Source: Squalus acanthias
Lineage: Eukaryota
Length of the DNA: 64,000 bases
Direction of reading: 5' to 3'
NCBI GenBank assembly: GCA_030390025.1
Contig: CM059432.1
Coordinates: forward strand, 146,632,001 to 146,696,000
The translations under genes were made by a program, and so were the position numbers. Shown piece after piece: positions 39,601-53,484 of the stretch (positions are counted from its first letter, which is position 1; each line of letters begins with the position of its first letter). The notes below the pieces were generated by a model. It was given only the letters and a program-made list of their open reading frames with translations, had not been told where the DNA came from and ran no database searches.

Positions 39601-42600
39601 CATAGTGATAACAGTGTGCCTCATTTAACATAGTGATACCAGTGTGCAACAGTTAACACAGTGATACCAGTGTGCCACATTTAACATAGTGAGACCAGTG
39701 TGTCTCATTCAACATAGTGATACCAGTGTGTCTCATTCAACATAGTGATACCAGTGCGTCTCATTCAACATAGTGATACCAGTGTGTCTCATTCAACATA
39801 GTGATACCAGTGTGCAACAGTTAACATAGTGATACCAGCGTGCAACATTTAACATAGTGATACCAGTGTGCAACAGTTAACACAGTGATACCAGTGTCTC
39901 TCCTTTAACATAGTGATACCAGTGTGTCTCCTTTAACATAGTGATACCAGTGTGTCTCATTTAACATTGTGATACCAGTGTGTCTCATTTAACATAATGA
40001 TTACATTTTGCCTCATTCAACATACTGTGAGACTAGTGTGCATCAATTAACAAAGCAATAATATATAGCTCCTTTCAGACAATGTGAGACCAGTGTGCCT
40101 CAATTAAGGAAGTGATACCAGTGTGCAACCGTTAACATAATGATACCAGCCTGTCTCAATTAGCACAGTGATACCAGTGAGTCTCAGTTAACACAGCGAT
40201 ACCAGTGTGCAACATTTAACATAGCGATACCAGTGTGTCTCATTTAACATCGTGATACCAGTGTGTCTCATTTAACATAGTGATACCAGTGTGCAACAGT
40301 TAACATACTGATACCAGTGTGCAACAGATAACATAATGATACCAGTGTGCAACATTTAACATAGTGATAACATTGTGCAACATTTAACCTACTGATACCA
40401 GCGTGTATCATTTAACATAGTGATACCAGTGTGCAACATTTAACATAGTGATACCAGTGTGTCTTATTTAACTTCGTGATACCAGTGTGTCTCATTTAAC
40501 ATAGTGATACTAGTGTGCAACGTTTAACATAGTAATACCAGTGTGCCTCATTTATCATAGTGATACCAGTGTGCAACATTTAACATAGTGATACCAGTGT
40601 ATCTCATTTAACATAGTGATATCAGTGTGCAACATTTAACATAGTGATACCAGTGAGACTCATTTAACTTAATGATACCATTTTGCCTCATTCAACATAC
40701 TGTGAGACGAGTGTGCATCAATTAACAAAGCAATAATATATAGCTCCTTTCAGACAATGTGAGACCAGTGTGCCTCAATTAAGAAAGTGATACCAGTGTG
40801 CAACCATTAACATAATGATACCAGTGTGTCTCATTTAACACAGTAATACCAGTGAGTCTCATTTAACATAGTGATACTAGTGAGACTCATTTAACATAGT
40901 GATACCAGTGTGCAACATTTAACATAGTGATAACGGAGTACAACATTTAACATAGTGATAACAGTGTGTCTTGTTTAACATAATGATACCAGTGTGTCTC
41001 ATTTAACATAGTGATAGCAGTGTGCAAAAGTTAACATAGTGATACCAGTGTGCCTCATTTAACATAGTGATACCAGTGTGTCTCATTTAACATAGTGATA
41101 CCAGTGTGCAACAGTTAACATAGTGATACCAGTGTGCAATAGTTGACATAGTGATACCAGTGTGCAATAGTTAACATAGTGATACCAGTGTGCCTCATTT
41201 AACATAGTGATACCAGTGTGCAAAAGTTAACATAGTGATACCAGTGTGCCTCATTTAACATAGTGATACCAGTGTGTCTCATTTAACATAGTGATACCAG
41301 TGTGCAACAGTTAACATAGTGATACCAGTGTGTCTCATTTAACATAGTGATACCAGTGTGCAACAGTTAACATACTGATACCAGTGTGTCTCATTTAACA
41401 CAGTGATAACAGTGTGCAACAGTTAACATAGTGATACCAGTGTCTCTCATTTAACATAGTGATACCAGTGTGTCTCATTTAACATAGTGATACCAGTGTG
41501 CCTCATTTAACATAGTGATACCAGTGTGTCTCATTTAACATAGTGATACCAGTGTGTCTCATTTAACATAATGATACCAGTGTGCAACAGTTAACATAGT
41601 GATACCAGTGTGCCTCATTTAACATAGTGATACCAGTGTGCAAAAGTTAACATAGTGATAACAGTGTGCCTCATTTAACATAGTGATACCAGTGTGCAAC
41701 AGTTAACACAGTGATACCAGTGTGCCACATTTAACATAGTGAGACCAGTGTGTCTCATTCAACATAGTGATACCAGTGTGTCTCATTCAATATAGTGATA
41801 CCAGTGCGTCTCATTCAACATAGTGATACCAGTGTGTCTCATTCAACATAGTGATACCAGTGTGCAACAGTTAACATAGTGATACCAGCGTGCAACATTT
41901 AACATAGTGATACCAGTGTGCAACAGTTAACACAGTGATACCAGTGTCTCTCCTTTAACATAGTGATACCAGTGTGTCTCCTTTAACATAGTGATACCAG
42001 TGTGTCTCATTTAACATTGTGATACCAGTGTGTCTCATTTAACATAATGATTACATTTTGCCTCATTCAACATACTGTGAGACTAGTGTGCTTCAATTAA
42101 CAAAGCAATAATATATAGCTCCTTTCAGACAATGTGAGACCAGTGTGCCTCAATTAAGGAAGTGATACCAGTGTGCAACCGTTAACATAATGATACCAGC
42201 CTGTCTCAATTAGCACAGTGATACCAGTGAGTCTCAGTTAACACAGCGATACCAGTGTGCAACATTTAACATAGCGATACCAGTGTGTCTCATTTAACAT
42301 CGTGATACCAGTGTGTCTCATTTAACATAGTGATACCAGTGTGCAACAGTTAACATACTGATACCAGTGTGCAACAGATAACATAATGATACCAGTGTGC
42401 AACATTTAACATAGTGATAACATTGTGCAACATTTAACCTACTGATACCAGCGTGTATCATTTAACATAGTTATACCAGTGTGCAACATTTAACATAGTG
42501 ATACCAGTGTGTCTTATTTAACTTCGTGATACCAGTGTGTCTCATTTAACATAGTGATACTAGTGTGCAACGTTTAACATAGTAATACCAGTGTGCCTCA

Positions 42601-45600
42601 TTTATCATAGTGATACCAGTGTGCAACATTTAACATAGTGATACCAGTGTATCTCATTTAACATAGTGATATCAGTGTGCAACATTTAACATAGTGATAC
42701 CAGTGAGACTCATTTAACTTAATGATACCATTTTGCCTCATTCAACATACTGTGAGACGAGTGTGCATCAATTAACAAAGCAATAATATATAGCTCCTTT
42801 CAGACAATGTGAGACCAGTGTGCCTCAATTAAGAAAGTGATACCAGTGTGCAACCGTTAACATAATGATACCAGTGTGTCTCATTTAACACAGTAATACC
42901 AGTGAGTCTCATTTAACATAGTGATACTAGTGAGACTCATTTAACATAGTGATACCAGTGTGCAACATTTAACATAGTGATAACGGAGTACAACATTTAA
43001 CATAGTGATAACAGTGTGTCTTGTTTAACATAATGATACCAGTGTGTCTCATTTAACATAGTGATAGCAGTGTGCAAAAGTTAACATAGTGATACCAGTG
43101 TGCCTCATTTAACATAGTGATACCAGTGTGTCTCATTTAACATAGTGATACCAGTGTGCAACAGTTAACATAGTGATACCAGTGTGCAATAGTTGACATA
43201 GTGATACCAGTGTGCAATAGTTAACATAGTGATACCAGTGTGCCTCATTTAACATAGTGATACCAGTGTGCAAAAGTTAACATAGTGATACCAGTGTGCC
43301 TCATTTAACATAGTGATACCAGTGTGTCTCATTTAACATAGTGATACCAGTGTGCAACAGTTAACATAGTGATACCAGTGTGTCTCATTTAACATAGTGA
43401 TACCAGTGTGCAACAGTTAACATACTGATACCAGTGTGTCTCATTTAACACAGTGATAACAGTGTGCAACAGTTAACATAGTGATACCAGTGTCTCTCAT
43501 TTAACATAGTGATACCAGTGTGTCTCATTTAACATAGTGATACCAGTGTGCCTCATTTAACATAGTGATACCAGTGTGTCTCATTTAACATAGTGATACC
43601 AGTGTGTCTCATTTAACATAATGATACCAGTGTGCAATAGTTAACATAGTGATACCAGTGTGTCTCATTTAACATAATGATACCAGTGTGTCTCATTTAA
43701 CATAGTGATACCAGTGAGTCTCATTTAACATAGTGATACCAGTGTGCAATAGTTGACATAGTGAAACCAGCGTGCAACATTTAACATAGTGATACCAGTG
43801 TGCAACAGTTGACATAGTGATACCAGTGTCTCTCATTTAACATAGTGATACCAGTAAGTCTCATTCAACATAGTGATACCAGTGTGCCTCATTTAACACA
43901 GTGATACCAGTGTGTCTCATTTAACATAATGATACCAGTGTGTCTCATTTAACATAGTGATACCAGTGAGTCTCATTTAACATAGTGATACCAGTGTGCA
44001 ATAGTTAACATAGTGATACCAGTGTGCCTCATTTAACATAGTGATACCAGTGTGCAACTGTTAACATAGTGATACCAGTGTGCAACAGTTGACATAGTGA
44101 TACCAGTGTGCAACAGTTAACACAGTGATACCAGTGTGCCACATTTAACATAGTGAGACCAGTGTGTCTCATTCAACATAGTGATACCAGTGTGTCTCAT
44201 TCAACATAGTGATACCAGTGCGTCTCATGCAACATAGTGATACCAGTGTGTCTCATTCAACATAGTGATACCAGTGTGCAACAGTTAACATAGTGATACC
44301 AGCGTGCAACATTTAACATAGTGATACCAGTGTGCAACAGTTAACACAGTGATACCAGTGTCTCTCGTTTAACATAGTGATACCAGTGTGTCTCATTTAA
44401 CATAGTGATACCAGTGTGTCTCATTTAACATAGTGATACCAGTGTGCCTCATTTAACACAGTGATACCAGTGTGTCTCATTTAACATAGTGATACCAGTG
44501 TGTCTCATTTAACATAATGATACCAGTGTGCAATAGTTAACATAGTGATACCAGTGTGTCTCATTTAACATAATGATACCAGTGTGTCTCATTTAACATA
44601 GTGATACCAGTGAGTCTCATTTAACATAGTGATACCAGTGTGCAATAGTTGACATAGTGATACCAGTGTGCAATAGTTAACATAGTGATACCAGTGTGTC
44701 TCATTTAACATAGTGATACCAGTGTGTCTCATTTAACATAATGATACCAGTGTGTCTCATTTAACACAGTAATACCAGTGAGTCTCATTTAAAATAGTGA
44801 TACCAGTGTGCAACATTTAACATAGTGATAACGGAGTACAACATTTAACATAGTGATACCAGTGTGTCTCATTTAACATAGTGATACCAGTGTGCCTCAT
44901 TTAACATAGTGATACCAGTGTGTCTCATTTAACATAGTGATACCAGTGTGCAACAGTTAACATAGTGATACCGGCGTGCAACATTTAACATAGTGATACC
45001 AGTGTGCAACAGTTGACATAGTGATACCAGTGTCTCTCATTTAACATAGTGATACCAGTAAGTCTCATTCAACATAGTGATACCAGTGTGTCTCATTTAA
45101 CATAGTGATACCAGTGTGCAACAGTTAACATAGTGATACCAGCGTGCAACATTTAACATAGTGATACCAGTGTGCAACAGTTGACATAGTGATACCAGTG
45201 TCTCTCATTTAACATAGTGATACCAGTAAGTCTCATTCAACATAGTGATACCAGTGTGCCTCATTTAACACAGTGATACCAGTGTGTTTCATTTAACATA
45301 ATGATACCAGTGTGTCTCATTTAACATAGTGATACCAGTGAGTCTCATTTAACATAGTGATACCAGTGTGCAATAGTTAACATAGTGATACCAGTGTGCC
45401 TCATTTAACATAGTGATACCAGTGTGCAACTGTTGACACCGTGAAACCAGTGTGCAACATTTAACATAGTGATACCACTGTGTCTCATTTAACATAGTGA
45501 TACCAGTGTGCAACATTTAACATAGTGATACCAGTGTGTCTCATTTAACATAGTGATACCAGTGTGCCTCATTTAACACAGTGATACCAGTGTGTCTCAT

Positions 45601-48600
45601 TTAACATAGTGATACCAGTGTGTCTCATTTAACATAATGATACCAGTGTGCAATAGTTAACATAGTGATACCAGTGTGTCTCATTTAACATAATGATACC
45701 AGTGTGTCTCATTTAACATAGTGATACCAGTGAGTCTCATTTAACATAGTGATACCAGTGTGCAATAGTTGACATAGTGATACCAGTGTGCAATAGTTAA
45801 CATAGTGATACCAGTGTGTCTCATTTAACATAGTGATACCAGTGTGTCTCATTTAACATAATGATACCAGTGTGTCTCATTTAACACAGTAATACCAGTG
45901 AGTCTCATTTAACATAGTGATACCAGTGTGCAACATTTAACATAGTGATAACGGAGTACAACATTTAACATAGTGATAACAGTGTGTCTTGTTTAAGATA
46001 ATGATACCAGTGTGCAAAAGTTAACATAGTGATACCAGTGTGTCTCATTTAACATAGTGATACCAGTGTGCAAAAGTTAACATAGTGATACCAGTGTGCC
46101 TCATTTAACATAGTGATACCAGTGTGTCTCATTTAACATAGTGATACCAGTGTGCAACAGTTAACATAGTGATACCAGTGTGCCTTATTTAACATAGTGA
46201 TACCAGTGTGCAAAAGTTAACATAGTGATACCAGTGTGCCTCATTTAACATAGTGATACCAGTGTGTCTCATTTAACATAGTGATACCAGTGTGCAACAG
46301 TTAACATAGTGATACCAGAGTGCAACATTTAACATAGTGATACCAGTGTGCAACAGTTGACATAGTGATACCAGCGTGCAACATTTAACATAGTGATACC
46401 AGTGTGCAACAGTTGACATAGTGATACCAGTGTCTCTCATTTAACATAGTGATACCAGTAAGTCTCATTCAACATAGTGATACCAGTGTGCCTCATTTAA
46501 CACAGTGATACCAGTGTGTTTCATTTAACATAATGATACCAGTGTGTCTCATTTAACATAGTGATACCAGTGAGTCTCATTTAACATAGTGATACCAGTG
46601 TGCAATAGTTAACATAGTGATACCAGTGTGCCTCATTTAACATAGTGATACCAGTGTGCAACTGTTGACACCGTGAAACCAGTGTGCAACATTTAACATA
46701 GTGATACCACTGTGTCTCATTTAACATAGTGATACCAGTGTGCAACATTTAACATAGTGATACCAGTGTGTCTCATTTAACATAGTGATATCAGTGTGCA
46801 ACATTTAACATAGTGATACCAGTGTGTCTCATTTAACATAGTGACACAAGTGTGCCACATTTAACATAGTGATACCAGTGAGACTCATTTAACTTAATGA
46901 TACCATTTTGCCTCATTCAACATACTGTGAGACTAGTGTGCATCAATTAACAAAGCAATAATATATAGCTCCTTTCAGACAATGTGAGACCAGTGTGCCT
47001 CAATTAAGAAAGTGATACCAGTGTGCAACCGTTAACATAATGATACCAGTGTTTCTCATTTAACACAGTAATACCAGTGAGTCTCATTTAACATAGTGAT
47101 ACTAGTGAGTCTCATTTCACATAGTGATACCAGTGGGCAACATTTAACATAGTGATAACGGAGTACAACATTTAACATAGTGATAACAGTGTGTCTTGTT
47201 TAACATAATGATACCAGTGTGTCTCATTTAACATAGAGATAGCAGTGTGCAAAAGGTAACATAGTGATACCAGTGTGCCTCATTTAACATAGTGATACCA
47301 GTGTGTCTCATTTAACATAGTGATACCAGTGTGCAACAGTTAACATAGTGATACCAGTGTGCAATAGTTGACATAGTGATACCAGTGTGCAATAGTTAAC
47401 ATAGTGATACCAGTGTGCCTCATTTAACATAGTGATACCAGTGTGCAAAAGTTAACATAGTGATACCAGTGTGCCTCATTTAACATAGTGATACCAGTGT
47501 GTCTCATTTAACATAGTGATACCAGTGTGCAACAGTTAACATAGTGATACCAGTGTGTCTCATTTAACATAGTGAAACCAGTGTGCAACAGTTAACATAC
47601 TGATACCAGTGTGTCTCATTTAACATAGTGATAACAGTGTGCAACAGTTAACATAGTGATACCAGTGTCTCTCATTTAACATAGTGATACCAGTGTGTCT
47701 CATTTAACATAGTGATACCAGTGTGTCTCATTTAACATAATGATACCAGTGTGCAATAGTTAACATAGTGATACCAGTGTGTCTCATTTAACATAATGAT
47801 ACCAGTGTGTCTCATTTAACATAGTGATACCAGTGAGTCTCATTTAACATAGTGATACCAGTGTGCAATAGTTGACATAGTGATACCAGTGTGCAATAGT
47901 TAACATAGTGATACCAGTGTGTCTCATTTAACATAGTGATACCAGTGTGTCTCATTTAACATAATGATACCAGTGTGTCTCATTTAACACAGTAATACCA
48001 GTGAGTCTCATTTAACATAGTGATACCAGTGTGCAACATTTAACATAGTGATAACAGTGTGTCTTGTTTAACATAATGATACCAGTGTGCAAAAGTTAAC
48101 ATAGTGATACCAGTGTGTCTCATTTAACATAGTGATAGCAGTGTGCAAAAGTTAACATAGTGATACCAGTGTGCCTCAATTAACATAGAGATACCAGTGT
48201 GTCTCATTTAACATAGTGATACCAGTGTGCCTCATTTAACATAGTGATACCAGTGTGCAAAAGTTAACATAGAGATACCAGTGTGTCTCATTTAACATAG
48301 TGATACCAGTGTGCAAAAGTTAACATAGTGATACCAGTGTGCCTCATTTAACATAGTGATACCAGTGTGCCTCATTTAACATAGTGATACCAGTGTGCCT
48401 CATTTAACATAGTGATACCAGTGTGTCTCATTTAACATAGTGATACCAGTGTGCAACAGTTAACATAGTGATACCAGCGTGCAACATTTAACATAGTGAT
48501 ACCAGTGTGCAACAGTTGACATAGTGATACCAGCGTGCAACATTTAACATAGTGATACCAGTGTGCAACATTTGACATAGTGATACCAGTGTCTCTCATT

Positions 48601-51600
48601 TAACATAGTGATACCAGTAAGTCTCATTCAACATAGTGATACCAGTGTGCCTCATTTAACACAGTGATACCAGTGTGTCTCATTTAACATAATGATACCA
48701 GTGTGTCTCATTTAACATAGTGATACCAGTGAGTCTCATTTAACATAGTGATACCAGTGTGCAATAGTTAACATAGTGATACCAGTGTGCCTCATTTAAC
48801 ATAGTGATACCAGTGTGCAACTGTTAACATAGTGATACCAGTGTGCAACATTTGTCATAGTGATACCAGTGTGCAACAGTTAACACAGTGATACCAGTGT
48901 GCCACATTTAACATAGTGATACCAGTGTGTCTCATTCAACATAGTGATACCAGTGTGTCTCATTCAACATAGTGAAACCAGTGTGCAACAGTTAACATAG
49001 TGATACCAGCGTGCAACATTTAACATAGTGATACCAGTGTGCAACAGTTAACATAGTGATACCAGTGTCTCTCGTTTAACATAGTGATACCAGTGTGTCT
49101 CCTTTAACATAGTGATACCAGTGTGTCTCATTTAACATAACGATACCAGTGTGCAATAGTTAACATAGTGATACCAGTGTGTCTCATTTAACATAATGAT
49201 ACCAGTGTGTCTCATTTAACATAGTGATACCAGTGAGTCTCATTTAACATAGTGATACCAGTGTGCAATAGTTAACATAGTGATACCAGTGTGCAATAGT
49301 TAACATAGTGATACCAGTGTGTCTCATTTAACATAGTGATACCAGTGTGCAACATTTAACATAATGATACCAGTGTGTAACTCATTTAACACAGTAATAC
49401 CAGTGAGTCTCATTTAACATAGTGATACCAGTGTGCAACTTTTAACATAGTGATAACGGAGTACAACATTTAACATAGTGATAACAGTGTGTCTTGTTTA
49501 ACATAATGATACCAGTGTGCAAAAGTTAAAATAGTGATACCAGTGTGTCTCATTTAACATAGTGATACCAGTGTGCAAAAGTTAACATAGTGATACCAGT
49601 GTGCCTCATTTAACATAGTGATACCAGTGTGTCTCATTTAACATAGTGATACCAGTGTGCAACAGTTAACATAGTGATACCAGTGTGCCTCATTTAACAT
49701 AGTGATACCAGTGTGCAAAAGTTAACATAGTGATACCAGTGTGCCTCATTTAACATAGTGATACCAGTGTGTCTCATTTAACATAGTGATACCAGTGTGC
49801 AACAGTTAACATAGTGATACCAGCGTGCAACATTTAACATAGTGATACCAGTGTGCAACAGTTGACATAGTGATACCAGCGTGCAACATTTAACTTAGTG
49901 ATACCAGTGTGCAACAGTTGACATAGTGATACCAGTGTGCAACAGTTGACATAGTGATACCAGTGTGCAACAGTTAACACAGTGATACCAGTGTGCCACA
50001 TTTAACATAGTGAGACCAGTGTGTCTCATTCAACATAGTGATACCAGTGTGTCTCATTCAACATAGTGATACCAGTGCGTCTCATTCAACATAGTGATAC
50101 CAGTGTGTCTCATTCAACATAGTGATACCAGTGTGCAACAGTTAACATAGTGATACCAGCGTGCAACATTTAACATAGTGATACCAGTGTGCAACAGTTA
50201 ACACAGTGATACCAGTGTCTCTCGTTTAACATAGTGATACCAGTGTGTCTCCTTTAACATAGTGATACCAGTGTGTCTCATTTAACATTGTGATACCAGT
50301 GTGTCTCATTTAACATAATGATTACATTTTGCCTCATTCAACATACTGTGAGACTAGTGTGCATCAATTAACAAAGCAATAATATATAGCTCCTTTCAGA
50401 CAATGTGAGACCAGTGTGCCTCAATTAAGGAAGTGATACCAGTGTGCAACCGTTAACATAATGATACCAGCCTGTCTCATTTAGCACAGTGATACCAGTG
50501 AGTCTCAGTTAACACAGTGATACCAGTGTGCAACATTTAACATAGTGATACCAGTGTGTCTCATTTAACATCGTGATACCAGTGTGTCTCATTTAACATA
50601 GTGATACCAGTGTGCAACAGTTAACATAGTGATACCAGTGTGCAACAGTTAACATAATGATACCAGTGTGCAACATTTAACATAGTGATAACATTGTGCA
50701 ACATTTAACCTAGTGATACCAGCGTGTATCATTTAACATAGTGATACCAGTGTGCAACATTTAACATAATGATACCAGTGTGTCTTATTTAACTTAGTGA
50801 TACCAGTGTGTCTCATTTAACATAGTGATACCAGTGTGCAACTGTTGACACCGTGAAACCAGTGTGCAACATTTAACATAGTGATACCACTGTGTCTCAT
50901 TTAACATAGTGATACCAGTGTGCAACATTTAACATAGTGATACCAGTGTGTCTCATTTAACATAGTGATATCAGTGTGCCTCATTTAACTTAATGATACC
51001 ATTTTGCCTCATTCAACATGCTGTGAGACTAGTGTGCATCAATTAACAAAGCAATAATATATAGCTCCTTTCAGACAATGTGAGACCAGTGTGCCTCAAT
51101 TAAGAAAGTGATACCAGTGTGCAACCGTTAACATAATGATACCAGTGTGTCTCATTTAACACAGTAATACCAGTGAGTCTCATTTAACATAGTGATACTA
51201 GTGAGTCTCATTTTGCATAGTGATACCAGTGTGCAACATTTAACATAGTGATAACGGAGTACAACATTTAACATAGTTGTACCAGTGTGCCTCATTTAAC
51301 ATAGTGATAACAGTGTGTCTCATTTAACATAGTGATACCAGTGTGCAAAAGTTAACATAGTGATACCAGTGTGCAATAGTTGACATAGTGATACCAGTGT
51401 GCAATAGTTAACATAGTGATACCAGTGTGCCTCATTTAACATAGTGATACCAGTGTGTCTCATTTAACATAGTGATACCAGTGTGCAACAGTTAACATAG
51501 TGATACCAGTGTGTCTCATTTAACATAGTGATAACAGTGTGCAACAGTTAACATAGTGATACCAGTGTGTCTCATTTAACATAGTGATACCAGCGTGTCT

Positions 51601-53070
51601 CATTTAACATAGTGATACCAGTGTGCCTCATTTAACATAGTGATACCAGTGTGCAACATTTAACACAGTGATACCAGTGTGCAACATTTAACATAGTGAT
51701 ACCAATGTGTCTCATTTAACATAGTGATACCAGTGTGTCTCATTTAACATAGTGATACCAGTGTGCCTCATTTAACATAGTGATACCAGCGTGTCTCATT
51801 TAACATAGTGATACCAGTGTGCCTCATTTAACATAGTGATACCAGTGTGTCTCATTTAACATAGTGATACCAGTGTGTCTCATTTAACATAGTGATACCA
51901 GTGTGTCTCATATAACATAGTGATACCAGTGTGTCTCATTTAACACAGTGATACCAGTGTGTCTCATTTAACATAGTGATACCAGTGTGTCTCATTTAAC
52001 ACAGTGATACCAGTGTGCCTCATTTAACATAGTGATACCAGTGTGTCTCATTTAACATAGTGATACCAGTGTGTCTCATTTAACACAGTGATACCAGTGT
52101 GCCTCATTTAACATAGTGATACCAGTGTGTCTCATTTAACACAGTGATACCAGTGTGTCTCATTTAACACAGTGATACCAGTGTGCCTCATTTAACACAG
52201 TGATACCAGTGTGCCTCATTTAACATAGTGATACCAGTGTGTCTCATTTAACATAGTGATACCAGTGTGCCTCATTTAACATAGTGATACCAGTGTGCAA
52301 CATTTAACATAGTGATACCAGTGTGTCTCATTTAACATAGTGATACCAGTGTGCCTCATTTAACATAGTGATACCAGTGTGCAACATTTAACATAGTGAT
52401 ACCAGTGTGTCTCATTTAACATAGTGATACCAGTGTGCCTCATTTAACATAGTGATACCAGTGTGCAGCATTTAACATAGTGATACCAGTGTGTCTCATT
52501 TAACATAGTGATACCAGTGTGCATCATTTAACATAGTGATACCAGTGGGCAACATTTAACATAGTGATACCAGTGTGTCTCATTTAACATAGTGATACCA
52601 GTGTGCATCATTTAACATAGTGATACCAGTGTGTCTCATTTAACATAGTGATACCAGTGTGTCTCATTTAACATAGTGATACCAGTGTGTCTCATTTAAC
52701 ATAGTGATACCAGTGTGTCTCATTTAACATAGTGATACCAGTGTGCCTCATTTAACATAGTGATACCAGTGTGTCTCATTTAACATAGTGATACCAGTGT
52801 GCCTCATTTAACATAGTGATACCAGTGTGCCTCATTTAACATAGTGATACCAGTGTGTCTCATTTAACATAGTGATACTAGTGTGTCTCATTTAACATAG
52901 TGATACCAGTGAGCAACATTTAACATAGTGATACCAGTGTGCAACATTTAACATAGTGATACCAGTGTGCAACATTTAACACAGTGATACCAGTGTGCAA
53001 CATTTAACATAGTGATACCAGTGTGCAACATTTAACATAGTGATACCAGTGTGCAACATTTAACATAGTG
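18681..53070 (+). repeat. ~34.4-kb satellite array of a 28-bp monomer (consensus ATACCAGTGTGTCTCATTTAACATAGTG), about 1,200 units, with higher-order structure
   Basis: Uninterrupted head-to-tail 28-bp units. Main variants differ in a core: TCTCATT, CAACATT, CCTCATT, CAACAGT, CAATAGT, CAAAAGT. No ORFs in the track. Confidence 0.99.
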
Positions 53071-53162
53071 GTCATGAAGAGGAGATGCCGGTGTTGGACT
53101 GGGGTGGATAAAAATGAGAAGTCGCACAACACCAGGTTATAGTCCAACAGATTTATTTAAAA

Positions 53163-53200
53163 TTACAAGCTTTCGGAGCTGTCGCCCCTTCCTCAGGCAA
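53163..53200 (-). ncRNA. Minimal hammerhead ribozyme (inverted pseudo-LTR copy)
   Basis: Minus strand TTGC-CTGAGGA-A-GGGGC-GACA-GCTCC-GAAAGCTT-GTAA, with an intact CUGANGA/GAAA core. Confidence 0.8.
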
Positions 53201-53484
53201 AGGTACTGTGAGTGAATCTACAACATTACACCGTATATAAACACAGACACTGCAGAGATACAATCTTTCAGGGAAGGTGTCCTTACATCAAAGACACACC
53301 AGAGCACAGCCAAGACAATGAGATGTGTCACAGGGGGTCCAACGTGTCCATTTTTTTGGGGGGGGGTTTGGTTTTTTTGTGTTTTTTTTTAAAACTGGAA
53401 AGACAGACAACGATGTCGAGTCACGTTCTGTAGCATGACATGAACCCGATATCCCTATTGAGGCCGTCCTCATGGGTGCGGAAC

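Noticed and set aside
18681..53070. CRISPR-like array (28-bp repeats)
   Set aside because: Units are head-to-tail with no unique spacers, there are no cas genes, and the context is a vertebrate genome; it is a satellite.
53212..53433. Duplicated small ORF MNLQHYTVYKHRHC.. (also 56072..56314 on the minus strand)
   Set aside because: Antisense reading of the PLE pseudo-LTR, duplicated only because of the inverted repeat; non-ATG start.
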